Notes: a model not told the origin generated them from the letters alone. A stretch of 64,000 bases of DNA from an uncultured Actinomycetota bacterium (GCA_963719705.1 CAVRCV010000012.1:4581-68580), one strand, 5' to 3'; shown: positions 38,944-47,905, counted from the stretch's first letter. Numbers and translations: made by a program.

Positions 38944-40271
38944 CCAGCCAGGCCGAGACCCTATCCGCCCCGGCGGCGACTTCCGCCGAGACGGCCGACG
39001 CGCTGCTGCGCGCGGTCGCGTTCCTGGCGCTGCTGGGCATCCTCGGCCTGATCGGCTGGCATATCTGGCTCAAGGCCCGCGGACTGTCCGGCATCGGGGT
39101 CGTCTACACGGTCGTGGTCAGCAGCTACGTGCTGTCGCGGTACGGCCTGGCCGCGCTCTACCGGAAGCCCCGCGAGGCCGGCCTCGAGCCGAATGTCGCG
39201 ATCATCGTGCCGGCCTTCAACGAGGGGCTTGCCGTCGTCCGCACCATCGATTCCTGCCTCGCCATCGACTACCCGCGGGAGAAGATCGAGCTCGTCGTGG
39301 TGAACGACGGCTCCAGCGATGAGACCTGGCAGTACATGCTGCAGGCGGCCGGCCGGCATTCCCCCGGCGTGGTGCGCTGCATCGACCTCGGCTCCAACCA
39401 GGGCAAGCGGGCCGCCATGGCGGCGGGCGTGCGGGCCACCAAGGCCGAGATCATGGTGTTCATCGACTCCGACTCGCTGCCGGCCAGGGACGGCGTGCGC
39501 AAGCTGGTCCAGGTCTTCGCCGACCCGAAGGTGGGCGCGGCCTCCGGGATCACCTTCGTCCGCAACGCCACCACGAACGCGCTGACCAAGATCCAGCAGG
39601 CCCGTTACTACGTCTCCTTCCAGCTGCTGAAGAGCGCCGAGTCGGTGGTCGGCGCGGTGGCCTGCAACCCTGGCTGCTTTTCCGCCTACCGCCGCAGCGC
39701 CGTGCTCCAGGTGCTGGAGCGCTGGGAGAACCAGCGCTTCCTCGGCGTGCCGTGCACGTTCGGCGACGACCGGGCGCTCACCAACATGATCCTGCGCAAG
39801 GGCTGGATCAGCCGCTACCACTCGGGCGCGTTCGCCTGGACCGAGGTGCCCGAGAACTACCGGAAGTTCTTCCGCCAGCAGCTGCGGTGGAAGAAGTCCT
39901 GGCTGCGGGAGGGCCCGATCCTGATGTCGCACATCTGGCGGACCCGGCCGCTGGCCTTTCCCGCAGTCTGCATCCAGACGCTGGCGGGCCTGCTGAGCCC
40001 GTTCATCCTGATCTATAACCTGGGCTGGCACACTTACGTCACCGGCGTGCCGCCCGCGCTGTACGGCATCGCGCTCTACCTGGTGGCCTGCACCTACGGG
40101 CTGCTCTACCGGTCCCAGCGCAACGACGGCCTGTGGAAGTGGGCCATCATCGGCACCTTTTTCTTCATCGCCTTCTCACCCCAGCTCATCTGGGCGGGCT
40201 TGCGCATCCGGGACACCTCCTGGGGAACCCGCGCGGTCGCGCCAGCAGAGCCGGCCGGAGGTACCTCGTGA
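38940..40271 (+). CDS. Processive family-2 glycosyltransferase, class I hyaluronan synthase (HasA)/NodC-like
   Basis: ATGA overlap with the upstream gene. TM-flanked GT-A domain: AIIVPAFNEG, VVNDGSSDET, NQGKRAAMA, IDSDS, FVRNATTNALTK, FGDDRALTN, QQLRWKKSW (QxxRW), C-terminal SWGTR. Confidence 0.8.
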   Translation: MTSQAETLSAPAATSAETADALLRAVAFLALLGILGLIGWHIWLKARGLSGIGVVYTVVVSSYVLSRYGLAALYRKPREAGLEPNVAIIVPAFNEGLAVVRTIDSCLAIDYPREKIELVVVNDGSSDETWQYMLQAAGRHSPGVVRCIDLGSNQGKRAAMAAGVRATKAEIMVFIDSDSLPARDGVRKLVQVFADPKVGAASGITFVRNATTNALTKIQQARYYVSFQLLKSAESVVGAVACNPGCFSAYRRSAVLQVLERWENQRFLGVPCTFGDDRALTNMILRKGWISRYHSGAFAWTEVPENYRKFFRQQLRWKKSWLREGPILMSHIWRTRPLAFPAVCIQTLAGLLSPFILIYNLGWHTYVTGVPPALYGIALYLVACTYGLLYRSQRNDGLWKWAIIGTFFFIAFSPQLIWAGLRIRDTSWGTRAVAPAEPAGGTS

Positions 40272-40284
40272 GGAGTGAACGTCC

Positions 40285-43200
40285 ATGACCGGACGCATCA
40301 GACGAACCACCGGGCGTGCCGTCATCGCACTGCTGATGGCCATCCTGGCCCTGCTGTTCGCCCGGCCGTTCGACGTGCTGCCCGCACACGCCCAGCCGAC
40401 CACGATCATCTCGCTCACGTTCGACGACAGCGATGAGGACCAGTACACCAACGCGTTCCCGCTCCTGCAGCAGTACGGGTACACCGGCACGTTCTTCACG
40501 ATCACCGGGTACATCGGCGTCAACTCGGGCTACATGACGCTGCCCCAGCTACAGGCGCTCTACGCCGCCGGGAACGAGATCGCCGGCCACACCGTGCTGC
40601 ACGAGAACCTCCTGCAGGTCAATACCGCGGAGGCAACCCGCGAGATCTGCGAATCCCGTAACACGCTGCTGAACTGGGGGTTCCCGGCTACCGGCTTCGC
40701 CTACCCCTACGGCGCCTTCAACTCAGCCACTGAGAGCATCGTGGCGCAGTGTGGCTATGACTACGCGCGCTCGGACTTCAGCCTCCAGTCGCCGGCGGCT
40801 GCTCGGGCTGTGGCTATACCGACCCGGTCCCGCCCGCCGATCCCTACAACATCGCGGCACCGCAGTCGATCCAGGACACCTGGACGCTGGCGCAGATCGA
40901 GAGCCTGGTGACGAACGCCGAGAGCACCGGCGGCTGGGTGCCGATCATCTTCCACCACGTCTGCGATGACGCCTGCGACCCCTACTCGATTACCCCGGCG
41001 AATTTCAGCGCCTTCCTGGCCTGGCTGCAGACGCAGCCGGTCTCGGTCGAGAACATGAACCAGGTGATGGGCGGCCCGGTCAACCCCTCGGTCAGCGTCC
41101 CGTCGGTGCCGCCGGCCCCGCCCGGCACCAACGGGGTCGCCAACCCCACACTGGCGACCGCCGACCCCAACAACCCGGGCGTTCCTGACTGCTGGATCAC
41201 GTCCGACTACGGGACCAACACCGCCAGCTTCGCCGAGACCAGCCCCGGCTACGACGGGTCATCCACGGCCGAGACCATCACCATGAGCGGCTACAGCAAC
41301 GGTGACGCGAAGCTGCTGACCAGGCAGGACCTCGGGCAGTGCGCGCCGAGCGTGGTGGACGGTGACCAGTACGCCCTCTCGGCGGAGTACCAGAGCACGG
41401 CGACCACCCGGTTCGCGATCTACACACAGCAGCCAAACGGTGGCTGGGAGTACTGGATGGAGAGCCCTGTTTTCGCTGCGTCCAGTAACTGGACGCAGGC
41501 ACAATGGGCCACGCCGGCCATACCAGCCGGCGTCACGGCGGTGAGCTTCGGGCTCATCATCGAAGCCAACGGCACTCTGACCACCGACGACTACTCGCTG
41601 GAGGATACCGGCGGCCCGCCGACCTACCCGACGGTGTCGCTGACCGGCCCGGCCGCGAACTCGACCCTGAGCGGGCCGGTGACCTTCACCGCGAACGCGT
41701 CGTCCGGTGTCGGGATCCAAGACGTGAACTTCCTCGTCGACGGGGTGGTCGTGGCGACGAGCACGTCGGCGCCTTACACCGCGACCTGGAATTCGGCGAC
41801 CGTGGCCGACGGGCCGGTGACGGTGACGGCCCAGGCCGTCGACATCTCCGGCGACCAGACGACCACGGCGGGGCAGTCGGACACGATCTCGAACGCGGCC
41901 AGCCGGGGCGGCAGCCTGATCGCCAACGGCCTGCTCACCACCAACACCGGCGGCGGATCCACGCCGGACTGCTGGCATGAGGGCGGCACGGGCACCTTCA
42001 CGCCCACCTGGAGCTACAACACCAGCAACGGACCGCCGGGCGGCGGCGACTCCGAGACCGTCGCGATCAGCTCCTACACCAGCGGCGACGCGGTGCTGGA
42101 CCAGAACCAGAACGGCAGCGCCTGCACGCCGGGGGTCACCGCGGGGCAGCAGTACACCCTGGGCGCCTGGTACAAGTCGACCGCGGCGACAAACATCCTG
42201 GCCTGGTACCTGAACTCCAGCGGCAGCTGGGTGTACTGGACCCAGAGCCCCGCGTTCGCCGCCTCCAGCGGCTGGGCGCAGGCCGGCTGGACCACTCCGG
42301 CGGTGCCGGCCGGCGCCACCGAGCTGAGCTTCGGCCTCGACCTGAACACGGCCGGCTCGCTGACCACCGGTGACTACACCATGACGGCCGGGGCGCCGGC
42401 GCCGGCCACGGTGACGCTGACCGGCCCGTCGTCCGGGGCGACGCTGAGCGGGCCGGTGACCTTCACCGCGAATGCCTCCTCCGAGATCGGCGTGGCGAAC
42501 GTCGCCTTCCTGGTCAACGGCGTGGTCGTGGCGACCAGCACCTCCGCTCCCTACACCGCGACCTGGAACTCCACCTCGGTCAGCGACGGCCCGGTGACGG
42601 TCACCGCCCGGGTCACCGACGCGGCCGGCAACCAGGTCAGCACCACAGGCCAGCCGGACACCATCGCCAACGCGCCCAACCAGGGCGGCAACATGCTGGG
42701 CAACAACCTGCTGCAGCTCAACACCGGCGGCGGATCCACGCCGAACTGCTGGCACGAGGGCGGCACCGGGACCAGCACCTACTCCTGGTCCTACAACACC
42801 GCCAACAGCCCGCCGCCCGGCGGCGACTCCGAGACCGTCGCGATCAGCTCCTACACCAGCGGCGACCGGATCCTCACCACCACCCAGGACACCAGCGCCT
42901 GCTCACCCAGGGTCACCGCCGGGCAGGCCTACACCCTCGGCGCCTGGTACCAGTCCACCGCGGCGACCAACATCATCGTCTACTACCTCAACTCCAGCGG
43001 CAGCTGGGTGTACTGGACCCAGAGCCCGGCGCTCCCCGCCGCCAGCGGCTGGACGCCCGCGGCCTTCACCACGCCGCTGGTGCCGTCCGGCGCCACCGAG
43101 CTGAGCTTCGGCGTGGGCCTGGGCGCGGCCGGCTCGCTGACCACCGGCGGCTACACGATGACGGCGGGCCCGCCGGTGCCGCCCAGCGTGTCGCTGACCG

Positions 43201-43949
43201 GCCCGTCGTCCGGGGCGACGCTGAGCGGGCCGGTGACCTTCACCGCGAATGCCTCCTCCGAGATCGGCGTGGCGAACGTCGCCTTCCTGGTCAACGGCGT
43301 GGTCGTGGCGACCAGCACCTCCGCTCCCTACACCGCGACCTGGAACTCCACCTCGGTCAGCGACGGCCCGGTGACGGTCACCGCCCGGGTCACCGACGCG
43401 GCCGGCAACCAGGTCAGCACCACAGGCCAGCCGGACACCATCGCCAACGCGCCCAACCAGGGCGGCAACATGCTGGGCAACAACCTGCTGCAGCTCAACA
43501 CCGGCGGCGGATCCACGCCGAACTGCTGGCACGAGGGCGGCACCGGGACCAGCACCTACTCCTGGTCCTACAACACCGCCAACAGCCCGCCGCCCGGCGG
43601 CGACTCCGAGACCGTCGCGATCAGCTCCTACACCAGCGGCGACCGGATCCTCACCACCACCCAGGACACCAGCGCCTGCTCACCCAGGGTCACCGCCGGG
43701 CAGGCCTACACCCTCGGCGCCTGGTACCAGTCCACCGCGGCGACCAACATCATCGTCTACTACCTCAACTCCAGCGGCAGCTGGGTGTACTGGACCCAGA
43801 GCAAGGCCATCGCCGCCTCCGCCAGCTGGGCGCAGGCGTCTTTCACCACGCCGGCCGTGCCGTCCGGTGCCACCGAGCTGAGCTTCGGCGTGGGCCTGGG
43901 CGCGGCCGGCTCGCTGACCACCGGCGGCTACACGATGACGGACAACTAA
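40285..43949 (+). pseudogene. Secreted CE4 polysaccharide deacetylase fused to four CBM-like jelly-roll and three Ig-like modules (about 1221 aa), one frame break
   Basis: Signal peptide (AVIALLMAILALLFARPFDVLPAHA), SLTFDDSDEDQY, AGHTVLH, FAYPYG. After CGYDYARS (~40780) the frame of ORF 40908..43949 continues upstream as PVAGGCSGCGYTDPVPPADPYNIAAPQSIQDTWTL...GGWVPIIFHHVCD. Then the repeated modules follow. Confidence 0.7.
41628..43949 (+). repeat. Three tandem 777-bp coding units (Ig-like + CBM-like); units 2 and 3 share ~605 bp of perfect identity
   Basis: Units start at ~41628, ~42405, ~43182. 42421-43025 is base-for-base identical to 43198-43802. Identical antisense ORFs at 42551..42778 and 43328..43555 confirm the 777 offset. 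Confidence 0.9.
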
Positions 43950-43950
43950 C

Positions 43951-45516
43951 TTGGCTGGACATCAGCCCCGGGCGATGCCAGAACGAAGCGCACTCGCACG
44001 CTGGCGGCGGCGGGCGGCCGCCCTCGCCGCCGCGGTGGTGATCTCGAGCCTGCTCGGCGCCGCCGGGTACGGGTTCGTGCTCAAGTCACTGCCCTACCAC
44101 ACGCCGCAGCTGCTGCCGCCTCAGGTGAGGGTCACCGCGCAGGATCTCGCCGCCCTCTCGACCTACCCGGGTGGTGTCCGCGGGGTGCCGGTGCTCACCT
44201 GGCGGGATGTCTCGCACCGGCCCGGCTTCCTGGTCACGACGCCGGCCCGGTTCGCCACTGAGCTTGCGGTGCTGCGCCGGGACGGGTTCCACAGCGTCCG
44301 CCCGGCCGCGCTGGCCGCGCTCGCCGCCGGGCGGCACGTCGCCCTGCCCGCCCGGCCGGTCATGCTGACCTTCGACGGCGGCCTGGCCAGCGACTGGACG
44401 ACGGTCGATCCGATTCTCCGGCAGTACGGCTTCACCGCCGTCGTGTTCATCGACCCGGACGACGTGGCGCTCAAGAGCCCTTCCTACTTCCTGACCAGCG
44501 AGGAGCTCAGCGCGATGGCCGCCTCCGGGCGCTGGGATATCGGCCTGCAGCTCGCTGACGAGCGGGTACCGATGACGGCTGTCGAGCGCCGGGCGGCCGG
44601 CCTGCCGCGGGTGGGGAGAACCGAGCTCGAGACGCTGACCGAGTGGAGCGAGCGCACCGCAGTCGATGCGGCCGCGAAGCAGGACGAGCTGGCGGACATC
44701 ACCGGCAGGCCAGTCACCGCCTTCGCCTGGCCGGTGGCGCTGACCCAGGGAATCAGCAACCTGGAGGCGCCGCAGGTGCTTTACCCGGTACTCAGGCGGC
44801 TGTTCGGCGTGGTCTTCGGGCGCCCCGCCAGCGGAGCGGCGACTTTCATCACCCCCGGCTCGGCCGGGCGGCCGCTGCCGCGCCTGCAGATCACCGCGGC
44901 GACCACGCTGCGGGCGCTGGCCGAGAACATGCGCGTGGGGGTTCCCAGCCCGCCGCCACCGGCTCCGCTGGTGCTGCCCTGGACGGCCGACAGCGGCCAG
45001 TGCGTGCGGGATAACGGCACCCTCAGGCTGCGCGGCCGCGGCTTCGAGCTGTGTACTGCCGACGCCGACGGCAGCCAGTGGCGCAACTACCAGCTCAGCC
45101 TGGACCTCGGCTTCGTTAAGTCGGCCGACCTGACCGCGATCATCGAGCTTCGGCTCAGCACCGTCGGGCGCATCGAGATCGCGATCGGCAGCGTCGGGTT
45201 CAGCGTGAAGCAGCTCGTTGGCCTGCACTGGAGGCTGCTGGGCACGTTCACGGCGCCCCGGCCCGCCGCGGGCCGCGGAGCGACGCTGTCCTTCCTGCAT
45301 ACCGGTGCGCTGTCGGCCACCCTGCGGCTGACCGGGTCGGTACTCGCGATCCGGGTGGGCGGGATAACGGCCAGGATGAAGGTAAGCCCGGCCATCAGCC
45401 ATGGCGTGATAGCAGTAGGCCTCGTGTCGCCGAGCCGCATCGAGACGGTCACCTGCAGCCGGCTGCACATCAGCGTCGGCCCGGTGCCGACGACAGCCGG
45501 GTCGGACGGCGACTAA
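43951..45516 (+). CDS. Membrane-anchored CE4-like protein with degenerate NodB motif and C-terminal beta-sandwich (ConA/LamG-like) domain
   Basis: One N-terminal TM (AAALAAAVVISSLLGAAGYGFVL). VMLTFDGGLASDW replaces TFDDG. The C-terminal ~190 aa is beta-rich (WRNYQLSLDLGF.., IEIAIGSVGFSVK..). TTG 43951 or ATG 43975 start. Confidence 0.6.
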   Translation: MAGHQPRAMPERSALARWRRRAAALAAAVVISSLLGAAGYGFVLKSLPYHTPQLLPPQVRVTAQDLAALSTYPGGVRGVPVLTWRDVSHRPGFLVTTPARFATELAVLRRDGFHSVRPAALAALAAGRHVALPARPVMLTFDGGLASDWTTVDPILRQYGFTAVVFIDPDDVALKSPSYFLTSEELSAMAASGRWDIGLQLADERVPMTAVERRAAGLPRVGRTELETLTEWSERTAVDAAAKQDELADITGRPVTAFAWPVALTQGISNLEAPQVLYPVLRRLFGVVFGRPASGAATFITPGSAGRPLPRLQITAATTLRALAENMRVGVPSPPPPAPLVLPWTADSGQCVRDNGTLRLRGRGFELCTADADGSQWRNYQLSLDLGFVKSADLTAIIELRLSTVGRIEIAIGSVGFSVKQLVGLHWRLLGTFTAPRPAAGRGATLSFLHTGALSATLRLTGSVLAIRVGGITARMKVSPAISHGVIAVGLVSPSRIETVTCSRLHISVGPVPTTAGSDGD

Positions 45517-45670
45517 GAGCGCCGGCATAGGGCCTTGAACGTCGAAAGGGGGCGCGCGTGCATAGGACGGTGACTGCCGCCATCGGCAGGTCTGGACGGG
45601 TGGCGCCGTCCGGCAGTAGCCGGAATAATCGGATCTGTAACGCTCCGCAAAGGGTTGTGCAGGCGCTCTG

Positions 45671-46750
45671 ATGGCAATCGCGACGAGTGCTACCGAAGCC
45701 GCTTCCCAGGGATCGAGCCAAATGCAGCCTGACACCAAAGCTCCGCTCAGCAGCTCCATCCAGGAGGCTCCCCAGCGTAATTTCGCGCGTGTCGTGCGCG
45801 GGTACGATCCGCGGCAGGTTGAAGACTATTTGCAACAGCTCAGCGGCCAGTCAGTCCAGCAGCGCGAGCAGGCACACGCGCTCAGGCAGGAGCTGATCGA
45901 GGCCCGCCAGCGGATCCAGGAGCTGGAGCACCGCACGCACTTCGGGCTCGGCCCCCGGATCGAGGAGGTGCTGCGGTTCGCGGAGGACAAGGCCGTCGAG
46001 CTCCTCAGCACGGCGGAGTCGACAGCGCAGGAAACGGCCGGCGCTGCCGAGGCCGAGGCGGCGCGGTTCCGCGTGGTCGCCGAGGGCGAAGCGGCGGAAC
46101 TGCGGGCAGCGGCCGAGCGCGAGGCGGCGGAACTGCGGGCAGCGGCCGAGCGCGAGGCGGCGGAACTGCGGGCAGCGGCCGAGGACGAGGCGGCGGAACT
46201 GCGGGCCAGCGCCGAGCGCGAAGCCGACGAGGTGATACAGCGCGCCGCCGAGGCCAGCGAGCAGGCTATCCACACCCGGCGCTACGCCGACAAGCACTCC
46301 CGGCGGCTGCTCGGCGACGCTCAGAGGAACGCCGACCGGATCGTGGCGCAGGCAGGCCAGCTGCTGGCCGACGCCAAAGCCGAGGCCGACCGGATCCGCG
46401 CGGCGCCCCAGGACCGGATCGACGAGGCCACGGCACAGGTCAGCCAGCTGCTCGCGGACGCCAGGACCGAGGCCGATCAGATCCGCGCGGCCGCCCAGCC
46501 CGCAGCCGATGAGCTGAAGGCACAGGCCGGCCAGCTGCTCGCCGACGCCAAGGCCGATGCCGACCGGATCCGCGCGGCCGCCCAGCGCCAGGTCGACGAG
46601 CTGCGCAAGCAGAAGGAAAACATCGCGGTGCACCTGGCTGAGCTCAGCCAGGTGCTCGGATCGCCAGCGTCCGACATCGCCGATCAGCCGCAGTCCGGCA
46701 CCGGCGAACACGCGGCCGGCAACGGCCAGAGCGCTGACGGCGCATCCTGA
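45671..46750 (+). CDS. DivIVA-domain coiled-coil protein
   Basis: FARVVRGYDPRQVEDYLQQL (DivIVA N-terminal motif) followed by a long Ala/Glu/Arg coiled coil with internal repeats. Confidence 0.7.
   Translation: MAIATSATEAASQGSSQMQPDTKAPLSSSIQEAPQRNFARVVRGYDPRQVEDYLQQLSGQSVQQREQAHALRQELIEARQRIQELEHRTHFGLGPRIEEVLRFAEDKAVELLSTAESTAQETAGAAEAEAARFRVVAEGEAAELRAAAEREAAELRAAAEREAAELRAAAEDEAAELRASAEREADEVIQRAAEASEQAIHTRRYADKHSRRLLGDAQRNADRIVAQAGQLLADAKAEADRIRAAPQDRIDEATAQVSQLLADARTEADQIRAAAQPAADELKAQAGQLLADAKADADRIRAAAQRQVDELRKQKENIAVHLAELSQVLGSPASDIADQPQSGTGEHAAGNGQSADGAS
46088..46219 (+). repeat. 33-bp tandem repeat x4 (11-aa hendecad EAAELRAAAER)
   Basis: Units at 46088, 46121, 46154 and 46187. 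Units 2 and 3 are identical. Confidence 0.85.
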
Positions 46751-46771
46751 GACGGCACGCTGCCGGGCGCG

Positions 46772-47905
46772 CTAAGCCCGGTCGACCGTGAAGTGGGTGA
46801 ACTCAAACTCCGTGTAGTCACCGCGGATGCCAACCCGGCCCGGCTGGGTGATCGGCGGCACGTCGCCCGCACCGCTGTCGAGCGCCTGCAGCCGCAGCTG
46901 GCCGTTCAGCCAGAGCATTATCTGGACGCTATCGTTCTTGTTCACCACGCTCACCCGGACCTGCTCCCAGTGGCCGGTCACGCTCTTGCCCCGCAGGGTG
47001 GCCAGCGTGTAGTAGCTGCCTCCGTCGACCGCCCCGCCCGGCACCTTCTTCTTGATCACGATGACGCCGTCCACGCGGTCGACGCTCACCACGTAGAGCA
47101 GGGCCGGGCTCTGATAGCGAAGGAACACGTGGACGCCCTGCCAGCCGGGCGTCGGCCCGTTCGACGGGGGCACGAAGCGCTGCACTAGCAGGTCGAAAGA
47201 GACCGTCACGTTCTGGAAATCTCTGCGCTGGGTAATGAGGCGGAAAACCGACGAGTCGGTGTTGGTCACCGACCTCGGCCCGGTCGGCCCGCGGTCCGGC
47301 AGGCCAGTCCAGCCCGCGTTGTCGTGCACGAACAGCGACCCGCTGGTGACGATCCAGGTTGGTGAGCGCACAGCGGCCGGATTGCCGGGATTGAAATACG
47401 CGAACTCATTCGTGATCAGGCGATTGGGCCCGCCGAAGTTATCCGAGAGCAAAGGCCGGTGCTGCACCACGATCACCACGATGATTGCGGCCGCGACCAG
47501 GACGGCGAAAGCCGTCCAGCCCAGCCAGGTTTGCCTGCGGGTGGGATGCCAGCCGAGTGCCCTGGCCGGCCGCACCGGGCCGGGCGGGGTTCCGGTGGTA
47601 GCCGGCTGCTGCGACCAGACCGGATCGGCACCGTCGTCCGTGGCGGCGGGCTGCTGTGACCAGACGGGATCGGCGCCGGCATCGGCCGTGGCAGGCTGCT
47701 GTGACCAGACCGGATCGGCGCCGGCATCGGTGGCAGCCGGCTGCTGTGACCAGATGGGATCGGCCGTGGCAGGCTGCTGCGGCCAGACGGGATCGGCGCC
47801 GGCATCGGCCGTGGCCGGGTACTCCGGCCCGTCCGCGTCGGTACCTGCGCCGCCCGTGGATGAGTGCACAGGTTGAATTCTCCGGGTCCGGCGGCTAGAC
47901 CGCAA
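46772..47905 (-). CDS. Membrane-anchored protein with Pro/Gln-rich repeats and extracytoplasmic ConA/LamG-like (DUF1080-like) domain
   Basis: N-terminal repeats GADPVWSQQPATADA, one TM (WLGWTAFAVLVAAAIIVVIVV). C-terminal beta-sandwich pattern: VTVSFDLLV..., VHVFLRY, GHWEQVRVSVVN, GRVGIRGDYTEFEFTHFTV. Confidence 0.5.
   Translation of the reverse strand: MRSSRRTRRIQPVHSSTGGAGTDADGPEYPATADAGADPVWPQQPATADPIWSQQPAATDAGADPVWSQQPATADAGADPVWSQQPAATDDGADPVWSQQPATTGTPPGPVRPARALGWHPTRRQTWLGWTAFAVLVAAAIIVVIVVQHRPLLSDNFGGPNRLITNEFAYFNPGNPAAVRSPTWIVTSGSLFVHDNAGWTGLPDRGPTGPRSVTNTDSSVFRLITQRRDFQNVTVSFDLLVQRFVPPSNGPTPGWQGVHVFLRYQSPALLYVVSVDRVDGVIVIKKKVPGGAVDGGSYYTLATLRGKSVTGHWEQVRVSVVNKNDSVQIMLWLNGQLRLQALDSGAGDVPPITQPGRVGIRGDYTEFEFTHFTVDRA
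47600..47815 (-). repeat. ~45-bp imperfect tandem repeats (about 5 copies) encoding (G)ADP(V/I)W(S/P)QQPA(A)T(A)D(A)
   Basis: Recurrent GGCTGCTGTGACCAGACCGGATCGGCGCCGGCATCGG-type units on the plus strand. Confidence 0.6.

Noticed and set aside
41628-43949. Large repeats as a CRISPR array or mobile-element remnant.
   Set aside because: The period is 777 bp, in frame, and encodes Ig-like plus CBM-like domains. There is no short repeat/spacer structure, and no transposase or terminal inverted repeats.
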